Assembly: GCA_002269645.1 (NCBI GenBank)
Contig: NIVC01001087.1
Coordinates: 124,001 to 188,000, forward strand
Origin: Macrostomum lignano
Lineage: Eukaryota
DNA: 64,000 nucleotides
Direction: 5' to 3'
Made by a program: the position numbers and the translations under genes. A model generated the notes under the pieces. It saw only the letters and a program-made list of their open reading frames with translations. It did no database searches and had not been told where the DNA came from. Numbering within the stretch: position 1 is the stretch's first letter; the number at the start of each line of letters is the position of its first letter. Shown one piece after another: positions 34,601 to 51,840 of this stretch.

Positions 34601-37600
34601 CTGCCGGGCCACCGAGCCCTGAACCAGCCGACTGCTGGCTTGCGGTGCCACCAGCAGACACGTCGGGCAGACGACTCCGCCAGGTAGGGGCGAAGCCAGC
34701 TGCCCCAGCTGACTGCGGAGCGCGCTGGATACTCCGGACTGAGCTGGGCGACTCAGCGCTCTGAAGGATGCGGGCTGAGGGCCGAAGCGCCTGGCAGACA
34801 GGGACTGAAGGCAGCAGCAGCTGCTCACGAGCGCAAGCAGCAGAAGATTTTCGCTGCAGAGCATTCTGTTACTTGACTGGACAGCAGATTTATCTAGAGA
34901 ATACTGGGTTGTTTTTGCCATGGGCTTTCTGCAGGGCTGCCGTATTTATAGTCTCAGAAATCACCTTGACATGGACCTCTGTGTGGGGGCCGCAGCTTTC
35001 ACATCTCTTTCCCCTTTTCCTGCAAATGCTTCTATTTCTGCTTCCTGTGCTTGCCTTCCGAATAAGGTGTTGCCGATTTCCGTTTGTGCACTGAGGGCTT
35101 CAAGTACTTACATAAGACTCAAATGCACCTTGAGCACCTGGTCGGCTTGCAGAGCTTTCCGACTGATAAGGCACTTGCAGCCCACGCACTGCAACATATT
35201 TTTTACTTGACCACTTTTTATAATACAAGCAGTACTCTGCAGCAACATCGAAAAGTCGCTATCACAGAAGATTCCGTCTGTGGTTGTCACTTTGAGAGTG
35301 CAGGTAAAAAGTCTCTCATTCTTATTTGATTCTGCGTGCAGGATTGCTGATCTGGCACGCCCAAGCGTGCAGAATTGATGTTGTCTATGGCAAATTATCC
35401 TTTAGGTCTAATGCATCTTACGTGCAGGATTGCACTTTATTTTTAGACAACAAGAAAATAACGAGTGAAAATTGGTTAATATCATTACTAGTTTTTCGCT
35501 TGCGATCAGATGCTACTCAAATACAAATTCAATGACGTTGGTGTCACCATTGGCTCGAATCTTCAAATTCTTCCGATTTTCCGGAATAACTCGCACACAG
35601 CGCACCGAGCCCGACGTAGGATCGTTGATAACGTCAACTGGGTCACTTGCCTCAGTGCCTACAACTTGAGGGTCGGCCGTAGTAGCCACCTCCACGGCAG
35701 CCGTTAGTTGATGGCTCATAGCACAGATCGCTTGCTCTCGTTTATTCCCTCGTCGAATGTAGCGCTCGACGGATGCACCTCGCTTGTGGCCAGTCACTTT
35801 AGCGATAGTTTCGACATTAAATCCAGCGTCGTGAAGTTCTGTGATTACAGTTGCACGCACACAATGCGCAGTGTATGGCTTGGACAATCCGGCGGACGTA
35901 GAAATTTTCTTCATCAGAGGCCCAAGGGTGTTGACTCCTACTGCACTCTTGCTGTACCACTTACCAGATGAACGAAAGTTAGCGTTTGGTCGCAGAAAGA
36001 AGTCCACTCCGTTCCATCCTTCAACTTCGGTGACCTTTTGCTTGTACAGTCTGAACGCCTCAACTGGGCATTTGGCAGAATCTCCCTTTGACACCATCAA
36101 CGCTTGATTGTTGTCAACCAAGACGGCGACGCTGATAGAACCATGTAGATTCTTTGAATCTCCCTGAACAAGCTCAATCGCGTAGAGTCCATTGGCGAGC
36201 CGCTTCTCACAAAACCGATCAAACCTCAAACCACGCAACCATTCACGGCCTCTATTCCCATAGTAATAAATGATGTTAAAGTATACTTCCTCTTGAAGAC
36301 GCACCGGATTCGACCGATCGAAGTATTTACCGAGCTTCTTCAGGTCGTCACTCTCAATAGCATCGTAGTGCTTCACTCTTCCTCCAGATCGAAGGAAAGC
36401 GTTGCAAATGCTCTTCATGGTAAGATTGGCGGCATGAAAGGCTTTATCATTTATTATGTCAATCGCTCGCAACTTCATAATATGGCGAAACAAACCATTG
36501 CTTTGTTTTTATAGTGGCAACTAGCTTTCAATTGTAATCTCCTTTCGTTACCCCCTCCCCTCACCATCTCCAGCGTGCAAGATTGATTTTGTCTATGGTT
36601 AAAATGTGGGGGCTCCCCCCCCACGCCCCCAGCGGGGGCTCTGCCCCCGCACCCCCGCTAGCAGCGGGTAATGTCTATAGTAATATCAATTATAACCTTT
36701 TTTGGGCAGAATGTAAAATGAAAGAATCAAATAAGAATGAGATTCATGCACGCCAACTCGTGCGTCTATGACGCACTCGTTAGCGTTCAAGAATCCTAAC
36801 AATCTTTGCGAGTGACGCAACTCAGCTACGCCGCGGCAGACTTGAGTTGAGGAATGAAGTCGGTGGAGCGGTGTGCAAGGGTTGGACGGATTAAAACTAC
36901 CCCGATCAGTTTTCTCGTATCTTTTATTTTTAGAATAGTCCAAGAGAAATCGCTCACTGGCGCATAGAGTGGCGACTTTTCAGTGTTGCTGAGTATAAAT
37001 GAGGTGTTTTTTCAACTTTTCGGCACTCAGCTCTCAAATAAGAAAGTTCGATATAAAATATTAAACATGCAAATGAGAAAAACCAATTCGAAAAAGTGTA
37101 CTTCCAAAGTCACGAGCTAACCAAAGTTTGATTGATTGATTGAATGAATGATTGATGAGCTATTCATTTAGTCAAGTATTAATGGTATAGGTCACTGCCC
37201 CCGTAGACTTGCAGACTCACACCTGACAAGTTGCCACGAAAGCAATCTGAGACAAGTTGACCAAAGAAAGTCCTTTTACGAGCGTACTATAATTAGCTCG
37301 CGAGCTGTCTTATACCCAGCATGTTCTCACCTTTGCTCGTCTTTATAGATGGAGAAATTCCGATAGCTGCATGCCTCGGAGTTGTACCTGCAGTACAGCA
37401 CCGTCTCGTGTGCCTGTTGAAACACTTTGGCGTTACGATAGGCGACACTTTTCAACGCCAGCTTGCCGTCCTCATAGGCGTCGAAGGCTTCAATTGGGAC
37501 GCTAGAATTGAAATCTGTTGGCAGTTGCAGTTGGTGGAACAGACGGGGAACGTCGTAGATCATATGGGTTAAGCCTCGTGGCTTGCCTGCGAATTTTTGA

Positions 37601-38146
37601 AGAAGGGTTGAAAGGTCAAATTTGAGACTGTTTGATAGAGCAGTATAGTTGTACTTAATTCGTTCCGTCATATTTAATATAAATACAGGACTTAGCTCAG
37701 GGTTCCTGGTGCTGGCGCCCCGGGGTGCTGGCGCCCCTGGTACTGGCGCCCCGCATCAGAGATGCGGCCCCCACTAAATTGCCATGAGACTCCTCACCTT
37801 TAATGGTGAAGTTGCTAGCAATAACTGCGCCACTTTCCAGGATGAACCCGGTTGGACAGATGGTGACAGCCGGAAACTGCAGATCGACTTCGTCGGTGAG
37901 GAACTCGGTGCTGACCGGATACATCAGGTAGCGACTGACCAGCTGGCTGAGGTGCACGCAGAAACCGCAGAAGCCTGCAGCGATGAGGCAGCACCAGACT
38001 GCTCGGTGCAAATTGTCGTCTTGAATGAGCCGGCGAACACCGTGAGCGCTAGTCCGGCCGGCAAAGGTGACCAGAGCTGTTGATACAGCGTCTGAATTGT
38101 GGCTGCATAGAGACTTCGGAGGCTGGAACTCGGGCGGCTTCGTCAT
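28698..38146 (-). CDS. DEG/ENaC (ASIC/FaNaC superfamily) sodium-channel subunit, paralog A, 6 exons, ~669 aa
   Basis: Exons (minus): 38146-37798, 37586-37331, 31879-31719, 31598-31279, 30406-29896, 29110-28698. Phases agree (2010 nt). Motifs: TSAHG, TM1, FPAVTICP, Cys-rich thumb, FSDLGGIFGLWIGVSIITLIE (TM2 with GxS filter). Confidence 0.93.
30520..31278. repeat. Minisatellite of 41-43-bp units (3-unit, 127-bp higher-order period) derived from the exon-4 donor of paralog A
   Basis: Minus-strand units contain cagctgcctgaggag|gtgggttgtc or variants. The cctcaggcagctaatg variant recurs every 127 bp (30644, 30771, ...). Confidence 0.92.
31951..32222 (+). mobile_element. 272-bp non-autonomous miniature of the tyrosine-recombinase element at 35235-36993
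   Basis: 31951-32143 is the reverse complement of 36800-36993 (about 13 differences by eye) and 32142-32222 is the reverse complement of 35235-35318. Termini are TA|CTCAGCAACACTGAAAAGTCGC ... GCGACTTCGATGTTGCCGAG|TA. Confidence 0.9.
32588..33000. repeat. ~130-bp tandem repeat, about 3.2 copies
   Basis: gcagtgataaagta recurs at about 32590, 32724, 32853 and 32984, with shared aaataaaaaatcgata and gaaacccgctc blocks. Confidence 0.85.
33539..34921 (-). CDS. Intronless secreted protein of unknown family (460-aa ORF; likely start Met20 at 34864), nested in DEG/ENaC intron 2
   Basis: Long, very GC-rich, non-repetitive ORF. Signal-peptide-like MLCSENLLLLALVSSCCCLQSLSA, furin-like RSRR site, acidic linker, and a CKRRWLIRRC Cys pair. 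Confidence 0.8.
   Translation of the reverse strand: MAKTTQYSLDKSAVQSSNRMLCSENLLLLALVSSCCCLQSLSARRFGPQPASFRALSRPAQSGVSSALRSQLGQLASPLPGGVVCPTCLLVAPQASSRLVQGSVARQELQQAIRSRGLPQEVANRLAALAFARSVSFHTFSFTVSALVGRGHYETFVGAGRRLDDVSVEFGIVHSVATAQLVAKTTPVPMRSCKRRWLIRRCRSWTQQVPRGLTAEELRQVEAGLRHFAIAAAASRVAASSGMLRSRRSAEEVASDAPEAPEMVEELQLEVSTTAGPTAATSEDGGNATLVELVRTGFDRLAISATIQTLRRIPVSMATAFASVFTRSLGLPKSLAGPLRVAVIEAAVTATADGALKQISALFNSEDDPAAIRFIQLGLVRRQSSFDLTSATVRLEARFADRLQLLVSQEGDDEVIRIRRLPAQVSHHDVRQALRLLRAAAEGHLSGKLLPALPEESRRF
35235..36993 (-). mobile_element. Crypton-like tyrosine-recombinase DNA element with TA-flanked terminal inverted repeats
   Basis: Ends: TA|CTC(TGC)AGCAACATCGAAAAGTCGC at 35233 and GCGACTTTTCAGTGTTGCTGAG|TA at 36995. 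There is also an internal 20-bp inverted repeat (35314-35333 / 36723-36742). The element encloses the recombinase ORF. Confidence 0.8.
35513..36493 (-). CDS. Tyrosine recombinase, DUF3504/Crypton-A-like; catalytic residues intact, N-terminus probably disrupted
   Basis: YYGNRGREWLR (catalytic R), WYSKSAVGVNTL, YTAHCVRAT (HxxR), VTGHK, VERY (catalytic Y). An in-frame TAA lies six codons upstream of the ORF start. A frameshifted HYKNKAM immediately upstream suggests the core-binding domain was lost or is spliced. Confidence 0.88.
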   Translation of the reverse strand: MFRHIMKLRAIDIINDKAFHAANLTMKSICNAFLRSGGRVKHYDAIESDDLKKLGKYFDRSNPVRLQEEVYFNIIYYYGNRGREWLRGLRFDRFCEKRLANGLYAIELVQGDSKNLHGSISVAVLVDNNQALMVSKGDSAKCPVEAFRLYKQKVTEVEGWNGVDFFLRPNANFRSSGKWYSKSAVGVNTLGPLMKKISTSAGLSKPYTAHCVRATVITELHDAGFNVETIAKVTGHKRGASVERYIRRGNKREQAICAMSHQLTAAVEVATTADPQVVGTEASDPVDVINDPTSGSVRCVRVIPENRKNLKIRANGDTNVIEFVFE

Positions 38147-38714
38147 GACTTGATGAGGCTTCTGTTGCACAGCTTTGGTACGAGTATTCGAAGCGATTCT
38201 GTGGCTTTCTAACCCTTGAAATTCCGTCAGATGGCAGGCGTCAGATGGGGATTCTGGTCCAATCAAATCCCGATGGAGATTTTGATTCGTTATCGTCCCA
38301 GCAGCTTAAGCAGAGCTTGCCACTTTGGCTCGTGTATCTTATCGGTATTTAGTGGGGAAACTCCGGCTCAGAGTTCGGCTTTTTCAATAGAGAAAGAATT
38401 GATTTGTCCGAGATAAAAGCATCCGCTGCTAAATTATTTACAACGTCCAAAATAGAATAAGAGAGGCGATTACTCGCCACGTGCCAATTTTTCCGGACGA
38501 TTTTTGAGTTATTAATAAATCGGTAAGCGCTCGGGCAGAACGGAGATTAGATAGGCTTCTGGTCCTTCTTGCTGGGCCTTGCACAGAATTTTTTTAGGAA
38601 TTCAGACGATCGTTTGGGACTAAAAATGACCGTCAGGAAGTGGCTACGATAAAGGGGTGAGAGAAAGGGGCGAATAAACGGGCGCCGAATGGCTGTCAGA
38701 AGTGACGCCAAAAC

Positions 38715-39450
38715 ATAGGTGTCAAGAGGTGGCGCTTAAAGCATAGGTGTCAGGAGGTGGCGCTTAAAACATAGGTGTCAAGAGGTGGCGCTTAAAACAT
38801 AGATGTCAAGAGGTGGCGCTTAAAGCATAGGTGTCAAGAGGTGGCGCTTAAAGCATAAGTGTCAGGAGGTGGCGCTTAAAGCATAGGTGTCAAGAGGTGG
38901 CGCTTAAAACATAGTTGTCAAGAGGTGGCGCTTAAAACATAGATGTCAAGAGGTGGCGCTTAAAGCATAGGTGTCAAGAGGTGGCGCTTAAAGCATAAGT
39001 GTCAGGAGGTGGCGCTTAAAGCATAGGTGTCAAGAGGTGGCGCTTAAAACATAGGTGTCAAGAGGTGGCGCTTAAAGCATAGGTGTCAGGAGGTGGCGCC
39101 AAACTAGGTGTCAGGAGGTGGCGCCAAACTAGGTGTCAGGAGGTGGCGCCAAACTAGGTGTCAGGAGGTGGCGCCAAACTAGGTGTCAGGAGGTGGCGCC
39201 AAACTATAGGTGTCAGGAGGTGGCGCCAAACTATAGGTGTCAAGAGGTGGCGCTTAAAACATAGGTGTCAAGAGGTGGCGCTTAAAACATAGGTGTCAGG
39301 AGGTGGCGCTTAAAACATAGGTGTCAGGAGGTGGCGCTTAAAACATAATTGTCACGAAGTGGTGCCTAATGGCGCCAAACGGCGCCAAACGAGGTGTCAG
39401 GAGGTGGCACCAAAACATAGGTATCAGGATGTGGCATCAAAATATAGGTG
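38715..39450. repeat. ~25-28-bp minisatellite (taggtgtcaagaggtggcgcttaaagca) between the divergent channel genes
   Basis: Direct tandem copies with length variants. Confidence 0.95.
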
Positions 39451-39501
39451 TCAGAAGCTTATTAAGTTCAGTCATGATAATGAAATGATCAGTTAGTCTG
39501 T

Positions 39502-46687
<7,186 letters not shown>

Positions 46688-48301
46688 ACTGGAATCTGTT
46701 CGGACGATGAACACTGACACGCGGGCAATAATCCATTTTCGTGCGTCAATTAGCATTGAGAGTTATTATCGAATTTGTTCTTTTTGTCCACTTCACATGC
46801 GATTCAAGATGATGGCAAGTAAAAAAAGTTACTACGTTAAACAATAAACATATCTAACATTTTACTGATTTTTGAGAGACGTTTGAACGTCATTTAAATG
46901 CTTATCTTGACAGTGGCGCCGTGACTTGGAGTAGCGCTAAGCCGCTCTTATCGATGTCAGAGGACTCAATCAAGAAGATGCGGAGTGAGAGCTGTCGCAC
47001 ATTCGGCTTATCGGATCATACCGGCTGGCTCAAGAGGGCTCAGATGGTCCAACCAGCTAAACCGGATGCAGAGCGGTGTCTGGTCGAAGGCAGAGAGAAT
47101 CACATCACTAGCTATTTGCAAAATGGTGTCCGGTGGACGGGATACTAGCTGTTTCCTCGGGGAATGGGCTATATTTTCCTCTCTGTCTGTCTCTCTCTCT
47201 CTCTCTCTCTTCGTCTACCGTTCTCTCCATGGAAACTGAAAGAGTTATGCTGCTCTAGTGTAATAACTCCCTGCCGAGTCAATAGTCAATACAGCACTAC
47301 TGTGTACCTATCAGGATCGGTACTCCTAATTGTCTTTAGCCAATCTGTGCTTCCTAATGTATTTTTATTGTAAGAGCTACCTTAATATGGCTAATGTTCT
47401 GTTAATTGGCTTAATATAGTGTTGTTGTGTGTAATATGACGTGGTACATTATGTGCTAATATAGGTGTGTTATATGTGCGTGCGTTATATCAAAAGCAGT
47501 TCTTAAAGGCCTCTGATTTAATAAATGTATGATCAAACTCCTGTTCCATGGTGCTCAAGCCCCCAATACGAGCTACCCCAGTTCAATGGTGCTCAAGCCC
47601 CAACACCCTTTGTTCTGTGGTCATCAACCCCTTCTTCTTCTACGAATGGTCACGATCTTAGCTTAGAAAATTGAGTTCTTTCAGTCATTGGTTACTCGTA
47701 CTTTCCAAATAGCTACTGTAGACTTTGGACTTATATGATATGATCCATTAAAACATGGAATATTAACTTTGTTGTGTCTTTGCGCCCAAAAGCTCTCAAA
47801 TTCCCTAACCGAATCAATAATAGGCAGGTCTAAAGCCACTACTTACTGCATTAAGCGAAGACCAACCAGTTTGAACTGGCTGTAAATAAAGCAACCAAGG
47901 CGGGGAGCAGGATGGATAGTTTGTAATGGGAGACACTCGGAGACGAGCGGAGGCTTCAAGTGGCGTCGAATAGCAGCAGAGCAACTCCATGGGCCAGCGT
48001 TTCCCGGTGAGGATTGGCGGTCAATTGCGTTTAGGGAACAGGGAGGGAGGGGTGGATCCCAGCTGGGGATTAATATTTAATGCAGAGTGGCCAACTACAA
48101 GGGACAGGCAATATCCAAGAAATATCCCCAAGCTTTGTAGAATCCTCTTTTGGGTAAGACGATTGGCTTGTAGCCATGAGAACATATCTTATCCGCAGAT
48201 AAAAATCATCATCTCACGGCCCAGAGGGAGACAAACGTTCGACACGTTCGAAAGACAGAGACAAATTAACAACCAGATCACGGCCTGCATGCTATCAGAA
48301 A

Positions 48302-48958
48302 ATGTCCATCCTATTTGAGACAACGTCGACTGGCACCGCAGCTGCTGGTCAGGGCGTCGCTGCCGGCTCCACAGCCACTCTCGATCCGTCTTCCGTGGAC
48401 GCATCATCGCAGCCGCAGCAGCAGCGGTACCGTCAGAACCAGCTGTACAGGCAGCGCCGAGGCCTCGACGCTCTACCGGCTGGCGATCTGATGCGCGACC
48501 GGGCCAAGCTAGTCGCGTGTTCGGCGATTCTCTTGGTGCACGGAGCGGCTCTGGCCGCGCTAGACGTGCTCATGCTTAAACGACGCTGCTCAAACTTGAT
48601 CGGCTGCGCGTTCGCCGTTCTAGCGGCGTCTCTGGCGACGCTGCTGGCCAGTCTGCTGTTGGCTTTGCTGCCGCCGCAGCGGTCCAGCCAGAATCGGGAG
48701 GATCCTGTTGCCAGCAATGGAGACCGCGACGCTGGTTGGTTCAGCCGTCGGGGCGTGCTGTGCGTGGCCGGCCTGTGGACGGGCACTCTAGTTGCCGATG
48801 TGTGCTGGCTGAGCCTCACTTTGGCCAGGCTCAGTGCCGCCTGTTTGGGCACAGCAATGATTGGAGCGACGGCTGTTGGGCTGGTGGCCTGTCCAGCCAG
48901 TCTGGTTGCGTTCGTCATCCTGTTCGGCTGGTTTCAGAGCAAGCCAGGAGAGGGTTGA
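48302..48958 (+). CDS. Intronless 218-aa membrane protein with four predicted hydrophobic helices; unknown family
   Basis: GC-rich ATG ORF. Hydrophobic segments: LVACSAILLVHGAALAALDVLML, LIGCAFAVLAASLATLLASLLLALL, VLCVAGLWTGTLVADVCWLSLTL, AMIGATAVGLVACPASLVAFVILFGWF. Confidence 0.7.
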   Translation: MSILFETTSTGTAAAGQGVAAGSTATLDPSSVDASSQPQQQRYRQNQLYRQRRGLDALPAGDLMRDRAKLVACSAILLVHGAALAALDVLMLKRRCSNLIGCAFAVLAASLATLLASLLLALLPPQRSSQNREDPVASNGDRDAGWFSRRGVLCVAGLWTGTLVADVCWLSLTLARLSAACLGTAMIGATAVGLVACPASLVAFVILFGWFQSKPGEG

Positions 48959-49599
48959 GCGTAGGGAACTGTACCAAGGTTTACTTCCGCGAGTGTGTTT
49001 TTGTTTCTGTTTTTTTGCGTTTTATAGAGCTATTTGAACTGAATTGATTCTAGCTGCAACCACACCTTCACACTCTCAGCACTGCGCAAGCAGCTTCCTC
49101 ACAGTCATTGGGCGCCTGACTGACTTCACCTGACTGACTACACACTCAGTACTAATGAGAACTCTTAACAAATCCGTTATTTCAGCATCTGGGATCTTCT
49201 AGTGAAGTCTTTAAGTGTTAGTACTTTATTCGATGAAATACTCGTAGTTTGCCCATTTATTTTAATGCGGTTTTTTAAGTAAAACAAAAAACTGTAAGCT
49301 GACAGAAAAAGAAATTCACAATAAGAAATTCATTGAATTGAAAATTTCTCAGCTTGCCTGCATTATTTTTATACGAGAATTTTAAGAAGTACGCAGCTAA
49401 AAGTACAAACCTACCAGACCTAGTTTCTATTGTTATTTTCATGCTTCTTAACAAGTGTTCAAGTATCGTTCTTACTAATTTTATCACGTATTTGAAAATT
49501 TTCAATACAGACAATGGGAGTCACCGCTATTAAATTTTGCACAGTACGAATTATCAAAACTTTTGTCAATAACTTTTCTATAACATTATAATTTTTCCA

Positions 49600-50320
49600 T
49601 GGCTTTAACTGTCCATGGCTTTTAAACTGTCCATGGCTTTTAAACTGTCCATGGCTTTTAAACTATCCATGGCTTAAACTGCCCATGGCTTCAACTGTCC
49701 ATGACTTAAACTGTCCATGACTTAAACTGTCCATGGCTTCAACTGTCCATGACTTAAACTGTCCATGACTTAAACTGTCCATGACTTAAACTGCCCATGG
49801 CTTAAACTGTCCATAGCTTAAACTGTCCATGGCTTAAACTTTCCATGGCTTAAACTTCCATGACTAAACTTTCCGTGACTAAACTGTCCATGACCAAACT
49901 GTCCGTGACTAAACTGTCCATAGTTTGAACTGTCCGTGACTAAACTGTCCATAGTTTGAACTGTCCGTGACTAAACTGTCCATAGTTGAACTGTCCGTGA
50001 CTAAACTGTCCATAGTTTGAACTGTCCGTGACTAAACTGTCCATAGTTTGAACTGTCCGTGACTAAACTGTCCATAGTTTGAACTGTCCGTGACTAAACT
50101 GTCCATAGTTTGAACTGTCCGTGACTAAACTGTCCATAGTTTGAACTGTCCGTGACTAAACTGTCCATAGTTTGAACTGTCCGTGACTAAACTGTCCATA
50201 GTTTGAACTGTCCGTGACTAAACTGTCCATAGTTTGAACTGTCCGTGACTAAACTGTCCATAGTTTGAACTGTCCGTGACTAAACTGTCCATAGTTTGAA
50301 CTGTCCGTGACTTAAACTGA
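49600..50320. repeat. Minisatellite evolving from a ~17-bp unit (ttaaactgtccatggct) to a dimeric unit (aaactgtccatagtttgaactgtccgtgact)
   Basis: Gradual unit change along the array. Confidence 0.93.
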
Positions 50321-50857
50321 GCATAGCCAAATTTCTCTGGTATCTATGAACTATATAAACTATACAATGCTTAACTTGTTGAGTATCTGTAAACAAAACA
50401 TTTTAGGTCTAAATAATTTTTCTAACCCTAACGGTTGTACTAATAATGATGGTCACAGAGTGACTCATCAGGATGCAAAACTAAGTATACATGGGCACAT
50501 TGTTTATATAATTTTCACAACACGGCCAACTACGCGTAGACCCTAGCATTTGTAGAATAGCTCGTATAGCTATTGCCAAATTTGGCATAGTTGGGCTGTG
50601 GCCAAAAGATCTGATATGATTTCAAGAATTGCGATATCAGTCTTTATATGCCAGTCGTGTTGTTTTAAATCTGCAATAAGAAGCTTCTGAAATAAAATAA
50701 ATCAGTTTTAGAATGCTAAAATCCGTAACGATGCTAACCCGCAGCCCTACCAGAAGAAACAAAAAGGCGACTGGGTGGCAGAGAGGGGGTGCTTTCACAA
50801 ACTCGAAATTTCACGTCAAAAAGCTAATTTTACTAGGTTGAACCTACCCCAATAGGC

Positions 50858-51125
50858 AGATGTGCAACCAACAGCTCAGCCGCAGCTATTGCGCGTCTCA
50901 TCTGAAGGCTGCGTACGGCTGTTCAGTCCAAGGACTGGGGCGTCGCCACACACACCCTCAATTACCCCTGCTAATGCTGGCACCCATTTTACAGCTGGGT
51001 GAACTGAAGCAATGCAGAGTTAAGTGTCTTGCTCAAAGACACAAAGTGTTCATAAATGGTCGAGAATCGAACCCCCGACCTTCCAGTCGTGAGTCCGACG
51101 CTCCAACCACCCCCCCACTAGGCTA
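50858..51125 (-). mobile_element. tRNA-derived CORE-like SINE, copy 3
   Basis: Minus strand: A-box tagcctagtgg, B-box ggttcgattct, then gtgtctttgagcaagacacttaactctgcattgcttcagttcacccagctgtaaaatgggtgcc. Confidence 0.87.
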
Positions 51126-51546
51126 ACCCTCACCCACTAGGCTACAACCCCCCCACTAGGCTACAACCCCCACTAGGCTACAACCCTCCACTAGGCTACA
51201 ACCCCCATGCCACTAGGCTACAACCCCCCACTAGGCTACAACCCCCCACTATGCTACAACCCTCCACTAGGCTACAACCCCCCACTAGGCTACAACCCCC
51301 CACTAGGCTACAACCCCCACTAGGCTACAACCCCCCACTAGGCTACAACCCCCACTAGGCTACAACCCCCCACTAGGCTATACAACCCCCACTAGGCTAC
51401 AACCCCCACTAGGCTACAACCCCCCACTAGGCTACAACCCCCCACTAGGCTACAACCCCCCCCCCACTAGGCTACAACCCCCCACTAGGCTACAACCCCC
51501 ACTAGGCTACAACCCCCACTAGGCTACAACCCCCCACTAGGCTACA
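51113..51546. repeat. ~18-19-bp minisatellite made of the SINE 5' end (minus strand ggggttgtagcctagtgg)
   Basis: About 23 copies of ccactaggctacaacccc, contiguous with the head of SINE copy 3. Confidence 0.93.
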
Positions 51547-51721
51547 ACAATATATAACGTCAAAAACGTAATATAACAAAAACCATGCAGGAATTTTCGG
51601 CGTTGTGAACTTCGACCTTTGAAGTCCCTTGCTAGAGATTTCGACGTGAAATTTCGAGTGTATGAAATACTCTAACCCCTCCCCCACCCAAAGAGCGCAA
51701 AGCGGCGACGAGGAGAGGAAG

Positions 51722-51840
51722 GCGCATGTTGCATTTTCGCATGTTGCATTTTTGCATGTTGCACTTTCGCATGTTGCATTTTCGCATGTTGCATTTTCGC
51801 ATGTTGCATTTTCGCATGTTGCATTTTCGCATGTTGCATT
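51722..51840. repeat. 15-bp minisatellite (gcatgttgcattttc), ~8 copies
   Basis: Direct tandem copies. Confidence 0.92.

Noticed and set aside
33798-34687. Overlapping 148-265-aa ORFs in other frames
   Set aside because: Expected shadows of a very GC-rich coding sequence; only the 460-aa frame has a signal peptide and coherent composition.
47200-48290. Possible solo LTR or retroelement remnant upstream of the 4-TM gene
   Set aside because: No TG...CA boundaries with a TSD, PBS or coding motifs that I could support.
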